Assembly (NCBI GenBank): GCA_951406725.2
Contig: OX597839.1
Location: forward strand, 19,592,001 to 19,656,000
From: Octopus vulgaris
Taxonomy: Eukaryota
DNA length: 64,000 nucleotides
Direction of reading: 5' to 3'
The translations under genes were made by a program, and so were the position numbers. Below the pieces are notes generated by a model, which worked only from the letters and a program-made list of their open reading frames with translations, had not been told where the DNA came from and did no database searches. Below are positions 14,618 through 28,679 of this stretch, piece by piece. Positions within the stretch are counted from its first letter, which is position 1, and each line of letters begins with the position of its first letter.

Positions 14618-15019
14618 CGAAGGGAGAGAGGGACCGAGAGATAGACATATACACAGATTGATAGATATGTACTTATGTATACAGAACACATTAATTTTGT
14701 TTTATATGTTTACTTATAAATGAGTAAAATATAATCCTTTAGTACGACGATGATCGACGTTTTCAACCACATTAATTTTCATAAAACTTCCTACGACGAA
14801 TCCTGGCAGCCATGTAATTTTTTTGTATTCTAAGAATATTGAAATTATATGTATCACGAATAATCCAAATGTTCCTGTAAAACTGGATACAAACATCAAG
14901 AGAGCTTTGCAAATGGAGTTAAAAACACTGTCACACATAACTTGAAATCGGCAGAGTTTGTTGTCATCGGGTGTTTTGGGTGATCTGGGTTCGATTCCCA
15001 TGGTTGTTTTTATTTATTC

Positions 15020-15496
15020 CTTTATTTACTTTTTTCAGTCATTTGACCGCGGTGATGCTGGAGCACCGCTTTTACTCGAACAAATCGATCCCAGGACTTA
15101 TTCTTTGTAAGCCTAGTACTTATTCTATCGGTACCTTTTGCCGCTAAGTTACGGGGATTTAAACACACCAACATCGGTTGTCAAGCGGTAGTGCCGTGAC
15201 ATACAGGCACGCACAAACATATACATATACTGAGACACGTATACATATACATATATTAATATAGGGAGAGTTTACGAAAAAAACAAAAAACAAACGACAA
15301 AGTCGGGTGGTGTACAAAACAAACAGATGTATTAGTATAACGCTCAGGAATAGAAAAGGTCTTTTACCTTTCGAGCCTACGCTCTTCTACAGAAAGGGAC
15401 ACAGAAAAAAACAAGGAGAGGAACAAGGAGAGAAAAAAATGTGTGTAGTGGCTAACGATACACACGCATACATCTGCATATATACACACATAGACA

Positions 15497-15557
<61 letters not shown>

Positions 15558-15632
15558 GATGGGCTTCTTTCAGTTTCCGTCTACCAAATCAACTCACAAG
15601 GCTTTGTCGGTCTGAAGCTATAGTAAAAGACT
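15020..15632 (-). mobile_element. SINE family A, 5'-truncated, interrupted in its internal microsatellite by another element
   Basis: Tail at 15020-15230 and head-proximal part at 15555-15632 flank the insert 15262-15470. Confidence 0.75.
15262..15470 (-). mobile_element. Penelope-like module with variant hammerhead core
   Basis: Minus strand ~15362-15395: cttt-CTGTAGA-a-GAGCgtagGCTC-GAAA-gg-TA-aaag; shares acgctcaggaa with the 25638/44440 family; relative at 28038-28300. Confidence 0.55.
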
Positions 15633-15706
15633 GTGGGACGACAAGTACAGACGCAAAAACTGACGCGCGCACACACGAACACACACATTTTAAAAGGTTA
15701 TATTAA

Positions 15707-15809
15707 CACAACAATCGTTTCGGTTTCATCCTGCACTGCTCCCTACTGAGCGTGGAACGATGTAATAATACCAGATGCAACACACAGTGGAAAAGAGCCT
15801 CGTCAGGTG
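15707..15809 (-). ncRNA. Decayed type-I hammerhead with long stem II (same family as 23960-24064)
   Basis: cac-CTGACGA-GGctc..(~70 nt)..aaaCC-GAAA-cgattg-TT-gtg; aligns along its length with 23960-24064. Confidence 0.55.
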
Positions 15810-16079
15810 CCGTAAGATGCTTCAGAAGTTCTCAGATTTACATTTTATTTTTCGCTTCAGGTTACATGCTGATGCTGTGATTCTAGCACTTCAGAATCAC
15901 ATCATCACCACCTTAACAATAATGATAACAATAACTAATGTTCACAGGCACTTCAACATGGCTGCTCGTTCGTACGGACTTCACTGCGATTTTTTAACCC
16001 CAAGACGACACATCTAGCTGGTTAACGGTGCACAGCTGCATCCGAGATATTGCAAGCAAGGGGAGCGACCCCGTCCACC

Positions 16080-16262
16080 TTTCTTTCTACAAAAGGCACA
16101 AGGCCTGGAATTTGGTGGGAAGGGGGAACAATAGATTACCTGAACCCCGGTAATTGAATGGTACATCATTTATCGGAGAAATTTGAACTCAGAACGTAAA
16201 AGCTAGCGGAATGCCACAAAGCATTTTGTCCGCCGCACCACCGATTTTACCAGCTTGTCGTC
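16080..16262 (-). mobile_element. Old SINE family D copy
   Basis: ttctttctacaaaaggcacaaggcctggaattt...gaaatttgaactcagaacgtaa...; homologous to 51314-51651 and 53255-53415. Confidence 0.6.
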
Positions 16263-16295
<33 letters not shown>

Positions 16296-16598
16296 CTGGT
16301 GATATCACTAATAGCAATTATAAAATGAACGCAAGAAAAAAAATTCATATTTTTATAGGATAGGGAATATCTAATTTAATAAATTAATTAAATACACAAA
16401 TATTTAATTAAAAGCCATACTTAATTAAGGAGAGTCCAATACATTTTACCCTGTCTTCCCACACAGACTGATTCCATTCAAATTACTTAGACATTTTTCC
16501 GAAGGCCCCCCCATCCGCACCCTACTTTCCCATAAATTACCTTCTGGAAGGAGTTAATTCCCCTGATTCTACGTATTATATCATTTTGGTGTTCGTTC

Positions 16599-16631
<33 letters not shown>

Positions 16632-17380
16632 GTGTGTGCATGTGTTCTATTTTTCTCTTTCTATCCTCTTCGCTTTCGTCATACAAAATGGCGATATTTA
16701 GCAGCAACCGAGCCGTACATATCTCCCCAGTGTCTGTGGCAGAGAGCATTTCCGGAAAGAACCGTGGATTTGAGCCGAATCCCAACGCCCTATATAATAT
16801 CTGTGAAGAAAACTTACAGAGTTTTAAAGAAATGTGAATTATGAGTATTTCATTATTAACTATTGTTTTTCTCAAGAGACAAACTGCCTACCATAAACTT
16901 CGACATCTTCCATTTGCTATAACTTTTGAAATTTTTTTCTTGTTCTTCTCCCCTTATCAATTCAAAATATTTGTAACAACAGTAATAGGGCTATTGTGTT
17001 CGTTCCCCCCACCTATTCATTTATTTTAATCCTCTCCGATGTTGTTCCGGTTGGTACGAAAAATACTTTTATTGTAGAGCTTTTCTTCCCCTTGTGTGTG
17101 TGCGTGAGGGTTTCGAAGGGTTGCACCCCCATTCTTCCTCTATAAAATTTATTTATTGTTTTTGAAATTTGAATAAATTTTTTTTCACTATTCAGACATT
17201 TAACAGTAAAATACCAAACAGAAAAAGTGAACGTGTTTATCTGACAATCCCTTTCCATCCCATCCCATCGCATTCCATTCATCCATCTATCCATCCATCC
17301 ATCCGTCCATCCATCCATCCATCCATCCATCCATCCATTCATCCATCCATCCATCCATACATACATACATACATACATAC

Positions 17381-17934
17381 ATGGTGGCCGCCTCCTCGTT
17401 ATCGAGTATGGCCATTGTACGAAGCTTAATCAATGTTGTTATCGTGCAATGCCTGTGCAAGAAGATTTTTTTTTTAAAGTGAGGAAAGGCTGTGCACTGA
17501 GTCAATCCCACTCACTAAGCAACAGCAGCCATAATCCGAAAAAAAGAACAAGTCAACATCATCGGTAACCACTGAGCCGCAGGTTTTATGTCGGAGTTAT
17601 CCCAGTTACCTGAGTTACCTTCACCTGGAAGGATGCCCTAACAAAGGCTGGGAGTCCTTCATTCCCAATGATCTAACCACGCGATCGGGTATTCAGTCCG
17701 ATTATTTCTATGTCCCTGTGCATGATACAGCCTTAAAACATTTATTGGATGGCCGTTGACTCTCAAATGTTCCTCCGCCCTTTGACGGGTTTTGTTTTTC
17801 ATCCCGCAGAGTGTCCAATAAACACCCTCCTCACCAAGCAAGCTTGGTGGGGTTGCCGGTTTAGTCGCCGACGACCCGACGATGCAACAGGTTGTACTGG
17901 GCTACGTGTTACCAGTAGCACTCAAAAGTGACCT

Positions 17935-17935
<1 letters not shown>
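17381..17935 (-). mobile_element. ~550-bp non-autonomous element, probably RTE-derived (copy 2)
   Basis: Collinear with 8465-9016, differing only by scattered substitutions and a poly-T length. Confidence 0.7.
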
Positions 17936-17974
<39 letters not shown>

Positions 17975-18170
17975 TACATACACACACACATACACATACA
18001 TACATACATACATACACACACACATACACATACATACATACATACATATACATACATACATACATACATACATTAAGAAGTGGAATATAGCTCATTTGGA
18101 ACACTACAACTCTAATCTGTATTATATTTTTAGTATTGTTATTACGAGCTATCTCAAGGTATAACAGTAT

Positions 18171-18202
<32 letters not shown>

Positions 18203-18251
18203 CATACATACATACATACATACATACATACATACATACATAGATGCATAC

Positions 18252-18458
18252 ATGATCTGATATAATGATTTGGGATAGAGAAGAGAAAATGCACACGGTT
18301 GTGGAGATTAGCTGCCCGGCGGATGCTAGCACGAAGCTGAAGATCAGTGAAAAAGAGAACACCTATGCTGAACTATTGAGTAATCTGCAGTTACTCTATC
18401 CAGATTACAAGTTCAGGTTTTATACCTGTAATTATGAGGACCCTGGGATATGTAACAC
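18252..18458 (+). mobile_element. RLE-domain fragment of an R4/Dong-like LINE, starting after (TACA)n
   Basis: ORF 18265: IWDREEKMHTVVEISCPADASTKLKISEKENTYAELLSNLQLLYPDYKFRF; cut off by a (CTT)n tract. Confidence 0.8.
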
Positions 18459-18672
18459 TACCTTCTTCTTCATCATTTTCTTCTACTTCTTCTCTTCTGC
18501 TTACACTGCATCTTCTTCATCATCATATTCTTCTTCTCCTCCTCCTCTCCTCTGCCTACTTCATTTTCTTCTTCATCATCATCATCTTCTCCTTCTTCTT
18601 TTTCTTCTTCTTCTTCTTTCATTTTCTTCACCACTATCATCATCATCATCATCTTCTCCTTCTTCTTCTTCT

Positions 18673-18719
<47 letters not shown>

Positions 18720-19024
18720 TTCTTCTTTCATTTTCTTCACCACTATCATCATCATCATCATCATCATCTTTTACTTCTTGCTTTTGTTGATGTTGCATTA
18801 CTTGAAGCTACCCTTGGTCAACACTTCTCCAACATTAGCCATCCGCTCATATGCCAAGTAACTCTGTACGACGAACGGAACGGACATTATTCAACGTATC
18901 CTCTGAATTTTAAAGAACGTTGTTCATGATTTGAGAGAGATTTAGCAAATCAAATGATTGTGGGCCTACACCAAGAATTTTTCTCTCCTCCGTTTTTTTT
19001 ACAAGGAGCTGAGTATATATATAC

Positions 19025-19215
19025 GTTTTTTTTTTCTCCCTCTTGTTGCCCACTTTGGGATCTTTCTTTCCTCTCTCTTCCTTCTTTATGTTTCCGACGA
19101 AGAGCTCCGCTCGAAACGTCATACCTTCCTGCTTCCATCTTTCCTAAGCGCCTATTAATAATAATACTGTAATTGTTCCACGTGTTGTTGTTTTTTCTGT
19201 TTTCCCGTTTGGATT

Positions 19216-19218
<3 letters not shown>
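19025..19218 (+). mobile_element. Penelope-like module with C4-variant hammerhead (19089-19124), bounded by (TA)n
   Basis: gttt-CCGACGA-a-GAGCtccGCTC-GAAA-cg-TC-atac; same family as 25638-25832 and 44440-44690. Confidence 0.7.
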
Positions 19219-19295
<77 letters not shown>

Positions 19296-19539
19296 ATCAT
19301 AGGACAATAACAGTTATTAGTCTCACATGGCAAGATAAGCGTACCATGGTCAGAGCCACAAGCGCATCTTGCACTCTTAAGCTTTCGATATTAGAGAATG
19401 GCATGGTGTTACTTGTTAATGGCGAACAGAAACTGAAGAATAGTATAGAGATGTATGCGCACGCAAAGAAACACACATACACACACACACGCACATAGGT
19501 ATATGTACATATATCGATAGATATACAGATAAATAGGTC

Positions 19540-19633
19540 GATCGATAAATAGATAGATTGATAGATAAACAGATACATACATAAATAAATAGATACGTAC
19601 TGACAGACAGACAGACAGACAGACAGATAGATT

Positions 19634-19698
<65 letters not shown>

Positions 19699-19845
19699 CT
19701 GGGTGGATGGATGGATGGATGGACGGATGGACAGACGGACGGACGGACGGACCCACAGACAGGCAGACAAACAGACAGACAGACAGACAGAAAGACAGAC
19801 ATACAGATTGATAGATAGATAGATAAATAGATTGATAGATAGATT

Positions 19846-19907
<62 letters not shown>

Positions 19908-20026
19908 CAGATAGATAGATAGATAGATAGATAGATTGATAGACACATAGACTAATAGATTGATAGATAGATAGATCGATAGATAGATTGATAGATAGAT
20001 TGATTGACAAATAGATAGATAGATAA

Positions 20027-20072
<46 letters not shown>

Positions 20073-20135
20073 TGATTGACAAATAGATAGATAGATAAAT
20101 AGATAGAGAGATTGATAGGTAACTAGATAGATATA
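19540..20135. repeat. Compound (GATA)n/(GACA)n/(GGAT)n microsatellite
   Basis: Direct reading. Confidence 0.95.
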
Positions 20136-20330
20136 GATGTAGACAAACAAAATGCTTAGGCATGTATACATACACCGATATATATATATATATATACTTA
20201 TGCCTGTATGTATATATGATTCAGCAGAAACATATATGTGCCTGAGTCTGTGCGTCTCCCGTGTATATATTCCTATAAATAATTGCAATATTGAAACGTT
20301 ATGTTATGGTTCATAAGCAATTATACATAT

Positions 20331-20383
<53 letters not shown>

Positions 20384-20640
20384 TATATATATACACACAC
20401 ATTCATATGGATATATGTGTACATGCATAAACATACACACTCACATATGCATATATAGATTTACACATCCACATTCTTATGCAAGTATATACGATTAAAG
20501 CCCTTTGATGCAATTCGGAAAGTTTTAGCCAACTCTAATTAGCATATAAATACTACTGTAGTTGTTCATTATATTACTGTATTAATGGTTCATCTATGCT
20601 TCTAATTAAACCCTCAACACGCGCGCCTGAAGATAAATGT

Positions 20641-20706
<66 letters not shown>

Positions 20707-21528
20707 AACACATGCCCATATAATATGCAAATACATACATACTTATACACATATGTGTACATGAATATAAGCGTATAATTATACCTGTATATATTTAGAT
20801 ATGTATATATATATATGTATACACACACACACACACATAAATCGACATGGACAGAGACCTAAACATATTGATTAAACATATTGATTATTTGATGGATTGA
20901 CATGTACATACATACATACATACATACATACATACATACACACACACACATATATATATATATATGCAAATATATGTGTGTGTCCGTGCGTATGTGTGTG
21001 TCCGTGTGTCCGAATGTATATTTATATATATTAAAATGTGTATAACGTGACTGTTCCTTGATCTCTCGTATTATCACATCTCATACAATGTTAATAGGAC
21101 CAAGCTCTTTAATAAAAGCTTTGTATTCTAGTTTCCAGAACCATTTTCTCTTCTCATGCATGAAACAATGATCTTCACTCATTCGAACGAAAACTTTATG
21201 AAGTTACATATAAATCAATAGATGTCTACTTCAATGGTCATCAGAGGAAAATCTCCAGTGACATACAGTTTGGGGCGAACCCATCAACGTAGTCCATTCA
21301 GGGCACGGCAACTCAAACGGTTCCAGTCCCTTCAAACAGCTTGACCTGAACAATTTATGTGGCGACACTGCTTATCCGAGACCAGTAAGTTCAATCTAGC
21401 TTCGATCATTTAGCAGAGAACCAGTGCAAACGAACTTAGTTTGCAGTTTAACTCATCTCAAAAAGGCGGCATCAGTGGAAGTTTATAAACCTTTAAAATT
21501 CACTCTGACATTGTCTATGGGCATAGAA

Positions 21529-21918
21529 TCTCTCTATATACAGCTGAAGTTTTCTGTGTATGGCAGGTTTGGTAGCCTTCCACCAACACTATCTTCTCCG
21601 AGACCCTGCAGCGCAAGTTGAGCAAAATTGAGAGTATGATAGAAGAAGACTTGCTCTTCTTTCCGTAGAAGAAAAAATTCAAATCGGACCATGTTAACAC
21701 CAAAAAGTAGTTACATCAAAAAGGTGCTTTTTTTCTATGAAAATCCCTATTTTGTACGATATTTTGACTGCTGTGTCGCCATTTTTCGGTGTATTTCAAC
21801 CAGAAAAATGTTCACTTAAAGAGAATATCAAGCTACATAATGGACAATTTTTACTTTTCAGAAATTCCAATTCTAAAGGGTCGGAACAAACCCGAGCAAC
21901 GCCGGGCGATACTGCTAG
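21529..21918 (+). mobile_element. Non-autonomous Helitron
   Basis: A|TC 5' end at 21529, subterminal hairpin cccgagcaacgccggg, CTAG|T 3' end at 21915-21918, no TSD. Confidence 0.8.
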
Positions 21919-22157
21919 TAGTGGATAAAGGTACTAGTTAATGCAATGTGATCATTTAAAGGTTCTGAGCTCAATCGATGATGATTATTTAATAGGGTTA
22001 GTTACAAGACACCTAGCGAAGCCTGGGTCATAGAGAGCCGAAACATAGTGAAAAATGTAACTACTTAAGATGAGGACACCACTTCGACAAATACATAATC
22101 TATAAAATTCCTTATCTCGGCAATACACAATTGTACTCAATAATTTAGTTTTCCTCT

Positions 22158-22339
22158 TCTTGTTACACCTGTATTTCAAAGGGGCCAGCCTTGTCACACT
22201 AGGTCTCACGCTGAATATTCCCGAGAACTACATTAAGGGTACAGTGGAGTGCCTAGCCACTTGCAAGTCAATTCCACGTGTAGGCTATTCCTTTGATTGT
22301 ATAAACTGGAACCTCGTCGTCGTAACCGACGGAGTGCCA

Positions 22340-22340
<1 letters not shown>
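22158..22340 (+). mobile_element. 5'-truncated SINE (shared B/C tail only)
   Basis: cctgtatttcaaaggggccagcc...cgtcgtcgtaaccgacggagtgcc. Confidence 0.8.
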
Positions 22341-22372
<32 letters not shown>

Positions 22373-22410
22373 CATACATACATATATATATATATGTATG
22401 TATGTATAAA

Positions 22411-22462
<52 letters not shown>

Positions 22463-22486
22463 ATATAAAATACATATATGTATATA

Positions 22487-22550
<64 letters not shown>

Positions 22551-22567
22551 TATATGTATATATAAAA

Positions 22568-22616
<49 letters not shown>

Positions 22617-23026
22617 CTCACACACATCTCTGTCTCTCTCTCTGTATCTATCTATCTATCTATCTATGTGTGTATGAATATATGTTTATATACATATACA
22701 TGTGTGAGTATGTGTGTACATGTATATATGTGTGTGTGCGCACGCGCGTGTGTGTGTGTGCATGCCTGAGTGTGTGCGCATGCCTGTGTGTGTGCGTCTG
22801 TGTGTGCATGTGTGTGTGTGTTTGTGTATGTATATTCACACGCATGTATAGTTATAGCTATTTCTGTGTATCTGAGGTACCGTTTTAGGTGTCTGGTGAG
22901 TGACATTTTTCAATTTTCCACCTCGTTAAAACAGCGTCAGTTTTACAGATCCTTCATGATGTCATGACATTATTTCACCGACATCCGAACTAGAAATAAC
23001 CGGGAGTAAAAAAAAAAAATTGGAAG

Positions 23027-23074
<48 letters not shown>

Positions 23075-23602
23075 GCACACACACACACACACTCACACAT
23101 ATACACACGCGTACGTGTAGCCCCATACAATGTATAGAAACACACACACCCAAACACATATATGTATGTCTAAGTGCGTGTGTGTGTGTGTGCATTCATT
23201 GATGTAAATATACACGCTTAAGCATAGAAGCACACATACGTATATACATGCGCATATGTGTATGTATATACATACATATACGTATATATATACACATATA
23301 TAAATATATATAAGGATATATATATATACATACATGCATACATTTACACATAAGCATTTCTACGATATATATATATATATACATATTTGTATACATAATG
23401 GAAGAGGCATGTTTGAATAGAGGTGCAAGCCTGATTATACAAACGCACACATGCACACGATCTCACACTCATATATGTATCTATATACACTCAAATATAT
23501 ATATATATATATATTTCCCTCTTCATTGTCAATAGTCGTGTATGTATGGATGCATGTATGTATGCATTTATGCATGTACGTATGCATGCATGTATATATA
23601 TA

Positions 23603-23661
<59 letters not shown>

Positions 23662-23759
23662 AATATAAGAGAGTGGTCACTATATGGCTCACTCTAGCAC
23701 CACTTGGTGTAGAATAGATATACTATTAAATTAGTATCTAATTCTCTCACCCTTATTAA

Positions 23760-23792
<33 letters not shown>

Positions 23793-23959
23793 CGTATGTA
23801 GTATAGGAGTGAATATGTATAAAAGCCATATTTACATATTCACATATATGTTTCTTATATGTGTGTATGTGAACTACAACAAACGCACGCATCATACCAT
23901 AACGATCCTGTCAAACTCAGGAGCAAAATTTACATAGTATAACACTGTAGCCTATTATG

Positions 23960-24064
23960 TAACCTGATGAGGATTCTTCTGCACTGTGAGATGCATTTGA
24001 TTTCATTATATCATCCCCACCCACTACGGAGCCATGCAGATCTAAGCCAAAACGATCGTCGTGC
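23960..24064 (+). ncRNA. Decayed type-I hammerhead with long stem II
   Basis: CTGATGA-GGatt..aagCC-aAAA-CGATCG-TC-gtg; palindromic ACGATCGT stem III; G12 mutated to A. Confidence 0.55.
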
Positions 24065-24099
24065 TAAATTAAAGAATACAGTACACTGTCTACCCCATC

Positions 24100-24145
<46 letters not shown>

Positions 24146-24149
<4 letters not shown>

Positions 24150-25207
24150 TCCCCCGTCTGTCTTGATAGACAATGGGTCGCGCCAAGGGTGGGGCCTACT
24201 TTGATGATGAGCAGCGTCTGCTGTGACTGAACAGTCCAATTCGAGAGTGGCAGTCCCTGGTACAGTTGCTGCACACGAACATCGATGGGTACGTGTGGGG
24301 TGTTGCTGCAGTTGTCCTCCTCCTGTCCCGCCTGTCCGACCACAGCTGTGCTCTCCTTTCCTCAGCCATGGAAACGCCTTTCCTCACTGTCCGGCGCCAG
24401 GCAGAGCGATCAGCAGCTGTTACCTCCCACGTGTCCACACAGATGTTGGCAGTCCTCAGGTTGCGCTTGCACACATCCCTGTATCGTAGGTGTGGACGTC
24501 CCTTGGGTCGGGATCCCGTGGTGAGTTCGCTGTACAGGATGTCTTTAGGCATGCGACCGTCCTGCATGCGACAGACGTGTCCGAGCCAGCGCAGTCGTCT
24601 CCGCACGAGGAGGGCATGCATGCTTGGCATATTAGTCTGTTCTAGGATGACTCTGTTTGGTACTCGCTCCTTCCAGGAGATGCCAAGGATCCGTCGAAGA
24701 CACCGCATGTGGAAGCCGCTGAGGCGGCATTCTTGCCGAGTGTATGTTGTCCAGCTCTCGCTGCCGTAGAGTAGGGTGCTCAGCACGCAGGCTCGGTACA
24801 CTGCGATCTTGGTGGTTATTGTGAGCATGTTGTTTTCCCACACTCTCCTGGAGAGCTTAGCCATGGCAGCAGCAGCCTTCCCAATCCGTCTGTTCAGCTC
24901 CGGCTCGAGGGACAGGCTGCTGGATACCGTCGATCCCAGGTAAGTGAACTCGTTCACCACCTGCAAGCTGTGGTCGCCGACACTGATGCTGGGGACCCCT
25001 CCGACGTCCTGGCCCATGATCTCTGTCTTTTTCAGGCCGATGGTAAGGCCGAACTCTTGGCAGGCATCCGCCAGGGAGCTGACCAGCCTCTGGAGACCCG
25101 GCTGGTTGTGTGATGTTAGGGCGGCATCGTCAGCAAAGAGGATCTCTCTGATCAGCACCTGACGGACTTTGGTCTTAGCTCTGAGGCGCGCAAGATTGAA
25201 CAACCCA

Positions 25208-25210
<3 letters not shown>
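24146..25210 (-). mobile_element. 5'-truncated RTE-clade (BovB-like) LINE inserted in (TA)n
   Basis: GC-rich island flanked on both sides by (TA)n; ~50-bp 3' UTR ...cccattgtctatcaagacagacgggggaag then TA repeats. Confidence 0.93.
24196..25203 (-). pseudogene. C-terminal 335 aa of RTE reverse transcriptase ORF (uninterrupted but lacking the N-terminus)
   Basis: LFADDAAL catalytic motif, GLTIGLKKT, FTYLGS, LLYGSESW, RRLRWLGHVCRM and terminal CxxC...HxxxC zinc knuckle (CSNCTRDCHSRIGLFSHSRRC). Confidence 0.92.
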
Positions 25211-25254
<44 letters not shown>

Positions 25255-25274
25255 TAACTATAATAATAATGGTG

Positions 25275-25382
<108 letters not shown>

Positions 25383-25397
25383 GTAATAATAATAATC

Positions 25398-25521
25398 ATA
25401 GGGAATATGATTCCAAACTTAGAGGGAAAAATTCAATTTAGTAATACTGAATCGAATTTCACAATACATAATATATGTATATAAATTAGAGAAGAACCAC
25501 CATGTAGCAATTCAACAATGC

Positions 25522-25573
<52 letters not shown>

Positions 25574-25632
25574 TATGATTTTATTATATCATTGTTGAAT
25601 TGTTACATGATGGTTCTTCTCTAATTTATATA
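25398..25632. mobile_element. Fold-back family F element; inverted arms 25478-25520 and 25590-25632 around (TA)n
   Basis: tataaattagagaagaaccaccatgtagcaattcaacaatg versus cattgttgaattgttacatgatggttcttctctaatttata; homologous to 44716-44930 and 55140-55522. Confidence 0.7.
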
Positions 25633-25637
25633 TATAT

Positions 25638-25829
25638 AGTTAATACACACAAGAAAGCACAAAAAACACAACAACGCGAGGACGTGGAACAAATATAGTA
25701 TTATTGGACGCTCAGGAAAGAAGGAGGGTTTAACGTTTCGAGTGGAGCTCTTCGTCGGAAACATAGGAGAAGGAAAGATCCAGAGATGTGAAGACGGAAG
25801 AAAAAAAGTCGCCAGCGGTACACACGAGG

Positions 25830-25832
<3 letters not shown>
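25638..25832 (-). mobile_element. Penelope-like module with C4-variant hammerhead (25727-25762), between (TA)n tracts
   Basis: Minus strand gttt-CCGACGA-a-GAGCtccACTC-GAAA-cg-TT-aaac. Confidence 0.7.
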
Positions 25833-25875
<43 letters not shown>

Positions 25876-26813
25876 TTAAGCTACATTACTTTTTTATGCA
25901 TACGAAATATACACCCCGACGCATATATTCATAGCCACCCTATAAGCTAGAACTTTTTTCTGTGTTCATTTTTGGTCGTTCTTCAAACTGCAGAAGAAAC
26001 TGAAGGAGGTCGTTCTTAAGGGGAAAGAGGCAGCGATAAAAGTCCTTTAAACCACTTTCGAGTGCTATCATGTGGCGCTACAATAAGTGAATTGAAGTCA
26101 AAGGATCCTACATTAAAGGAGATTAGAATCGGGTACTTCTTTCAAAATTAATATTTGTCTTCCTTGAAAATGTCTGAAAAATTCTGGAATGTATCTAGTA
26201 GATTCCATAGCCTCACCTTTCATTATCTTTTATAACAGTATAGCGTTAATTGATGTACATTCTGTTGCTATTTTCACAGCTCCATCGCAACAAGCATATA
26301 ACAGATACGGTTTTATCATCAGTTATGTATACGTCTGTTCAATTTCATTGTGAATTTTTTTTGTCATTTTAGGGTTCTTGGTTTTGCGTTTATGTTTTGT
26401 CGTAATTTTAGTAGCGTCTCTTCCGTTTGGTCTCTGTTATAATATTTGGTTTATTTATTTGTCCATGGTTTCGATAATTTTGACATTATCTCATGCATCA
26501 TCGTATAGCTGACACATTTTCCCTGGCTCCGTACATACACATATTTATGCATATATACACACATATATATATATATAGATATATATACATATATATATAC
26601 AGACATACATACATATACATATATATGTATACATATATATACACATATACACATACATATACACATACATATACACATATGCATATACATATATACATAT
26701 ACACATATACATATATATATACATATATATATATGCATACATACAGATATGCAAACATATACATATATATGTATACATGCAAATATATATAGGTATAAAT
26801 ACATATATGACTA

Positions 26814-26883
<70 letters not shown>

Positions 26884-27540
26884 AATATATGTATGTGTAT
26901 TTGTGCATATATATGTATATACATAGATGAAAGTATCAAATGTATCTAGGTATATATTTTGTATTTATACAAACACACACATATATACATACATCCATAC
27001 GTACATCCATACATACATGTGTGTGTATGTGTGAGTGTGTGTGCGTGCACGCATGTGTGTGTCTGCACAGAAATACACGCCTGTAAGTATATATGTACGT
27101 CTGAATGTTTGGACACGTGTGTATTTTTCTCTGTAACGCATGTTTATCTAATTGTCTAGGTGTCATTTAGAAATTATGTTGTTGATCATCTTTGTGTTGG
27201 CATTTCAAATGTATTTTTGTTACAGAGTGCCGGTCTCTAATGTGTCTCTTAATTCTTCCTTATTATCCAAACAGAGTCTGGAAGATCAGGGTGGTCCCAC
27301 GATGCGTGTTTTAATGATACTTATTGCAAAATTGCATACAAATACTCCAAACGTAAAAAGGTTTTCCATTTGTCTTGTGTCTATGTGTGTTTACATTTTT
27401 AGTTTGTTTGTTTATGTATTCTTTTTTTTTTTCAAACTGGTGCTGAGTGTTTGACTGGTGACTACAGTTTCACGTCCATCCCATCTACAGTGAGTCCCTC
27501 TTTTTTTGGTTCTACATAAGGAAGCGTACGTCTACACACA

Positions 27541-27578
<38 letters not shown>

Positions 27579-27590
27579 TATATATATATG

Positions 27591-27720
27591 TATAAATTGG
27601 AGAAAAACCACTATTATGCAATTCAAAAAATTATAGACATAAACCAAATCATAAATAAAAAAAAATATTTTTTAAAACATATAACTAGATCACAAAAAGT
27701 ATAAAAAGGAATAATCAATA
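27591..27720. mobile_element. Family F fragment (no inverted arm)
   Basis: tataaattggagaaaaaccactattatgcaattcaaa matches 44720 and 55225. Confidence 0.55.
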
Positions 27721-27928
27721 TATAATAAGTAAAAAAAACTACGTACATCCTTAATATCATTAATAAGTTTCAAAATATATTCTTTCCTAGAGGGTTTTGG
27801 AATATCTTTCAAAGATGAATTCCAAAATAGCGGTTCTATCCTACCTGTAAGTTCCATAATATACGAAATTGAGATTTAAATGCACTTAAACTTTTAAACT
27901 AGATTTAAACTAGATTTAATCTTCCTCA

Positions 27929-28008
27929 AGTTGCCACACAGTGGGGCTGAACCCGGAACCGTGTGGTTGGTAAGCAAGCTACTTACCACACAGCCACTCC
28001 TGCGCCTA
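27929..28008 (-). mobile_element. SINE family A, head only
   Basis: cagtggggctgaacccggaacc...cacagccactcctgcgccta. Confidence 0.8.
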
Positions 28009-28037
28009 CGCAGCTACGTATACATATATATATATGT

Positions 28038-28300
28038 AGTTGGAATTTATCGAAAAACAAAAAACGAAGACAGATGTATGAACAACATACAGGTCTATTA
28101 TATTGATGGTCGGGAAAATGAAAATGCTTTACGTTTCGAGCCTACGCTCTTGAACAGGAAGGAATAAGAGAAAATAAACAGAGAGAGGATAAAAAAAACT
28201 GTAGATTCAGCGGTCAAGCATGGCGAATGAAATAAAGTTTCAAAGAAGAGGTTGAAAAAAGAGAGAATAATAAAGTACTGGTGATCCCAAATGTGCGTGT
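28038..28300 (-). mobile_element. Penelope-like module related to 15262-15470, decayed hammerhead at ~28125-28160
   Basis: Minus strand CTGTTCA-a-GAGCgtagGCTC-GAAA-cg-TA-aag. Confidence 0.5.
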
Positions 28301-28474
28301 GTGTGTGAGAATAGTGTGTGCGTGAAAATAGGGGCTAGTGATAGACGTGTGTGTGTGTACGTGTGTGTGTGTACGTGTGTGTGTGTACGTGTGTGTGTAA
28401 CTAACGTGTGGCTGCTCTTAAAGTGGTATATGTGGTGACGCTATTGAAGATTGCGTGTGTGCATGATGGCGTGA

Positions 28475-28512
<38 letters not shown>

Positions 28513-28550
28513 GGATATATTTCTCCATTTTCTTTTTCCCATTCATATAA

Positions 28551-28601
<51 letters not shown>

Positions 28602-28620
28602 CATATATCTATATACACAC

Positions 28621-28679
<59 letters not shown>

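Noticed and set aside
14714-15001. 95-aa non-repetitive ORF
   Set aside because: No recognisable domain or clear splice signals; length is compatible with chance.
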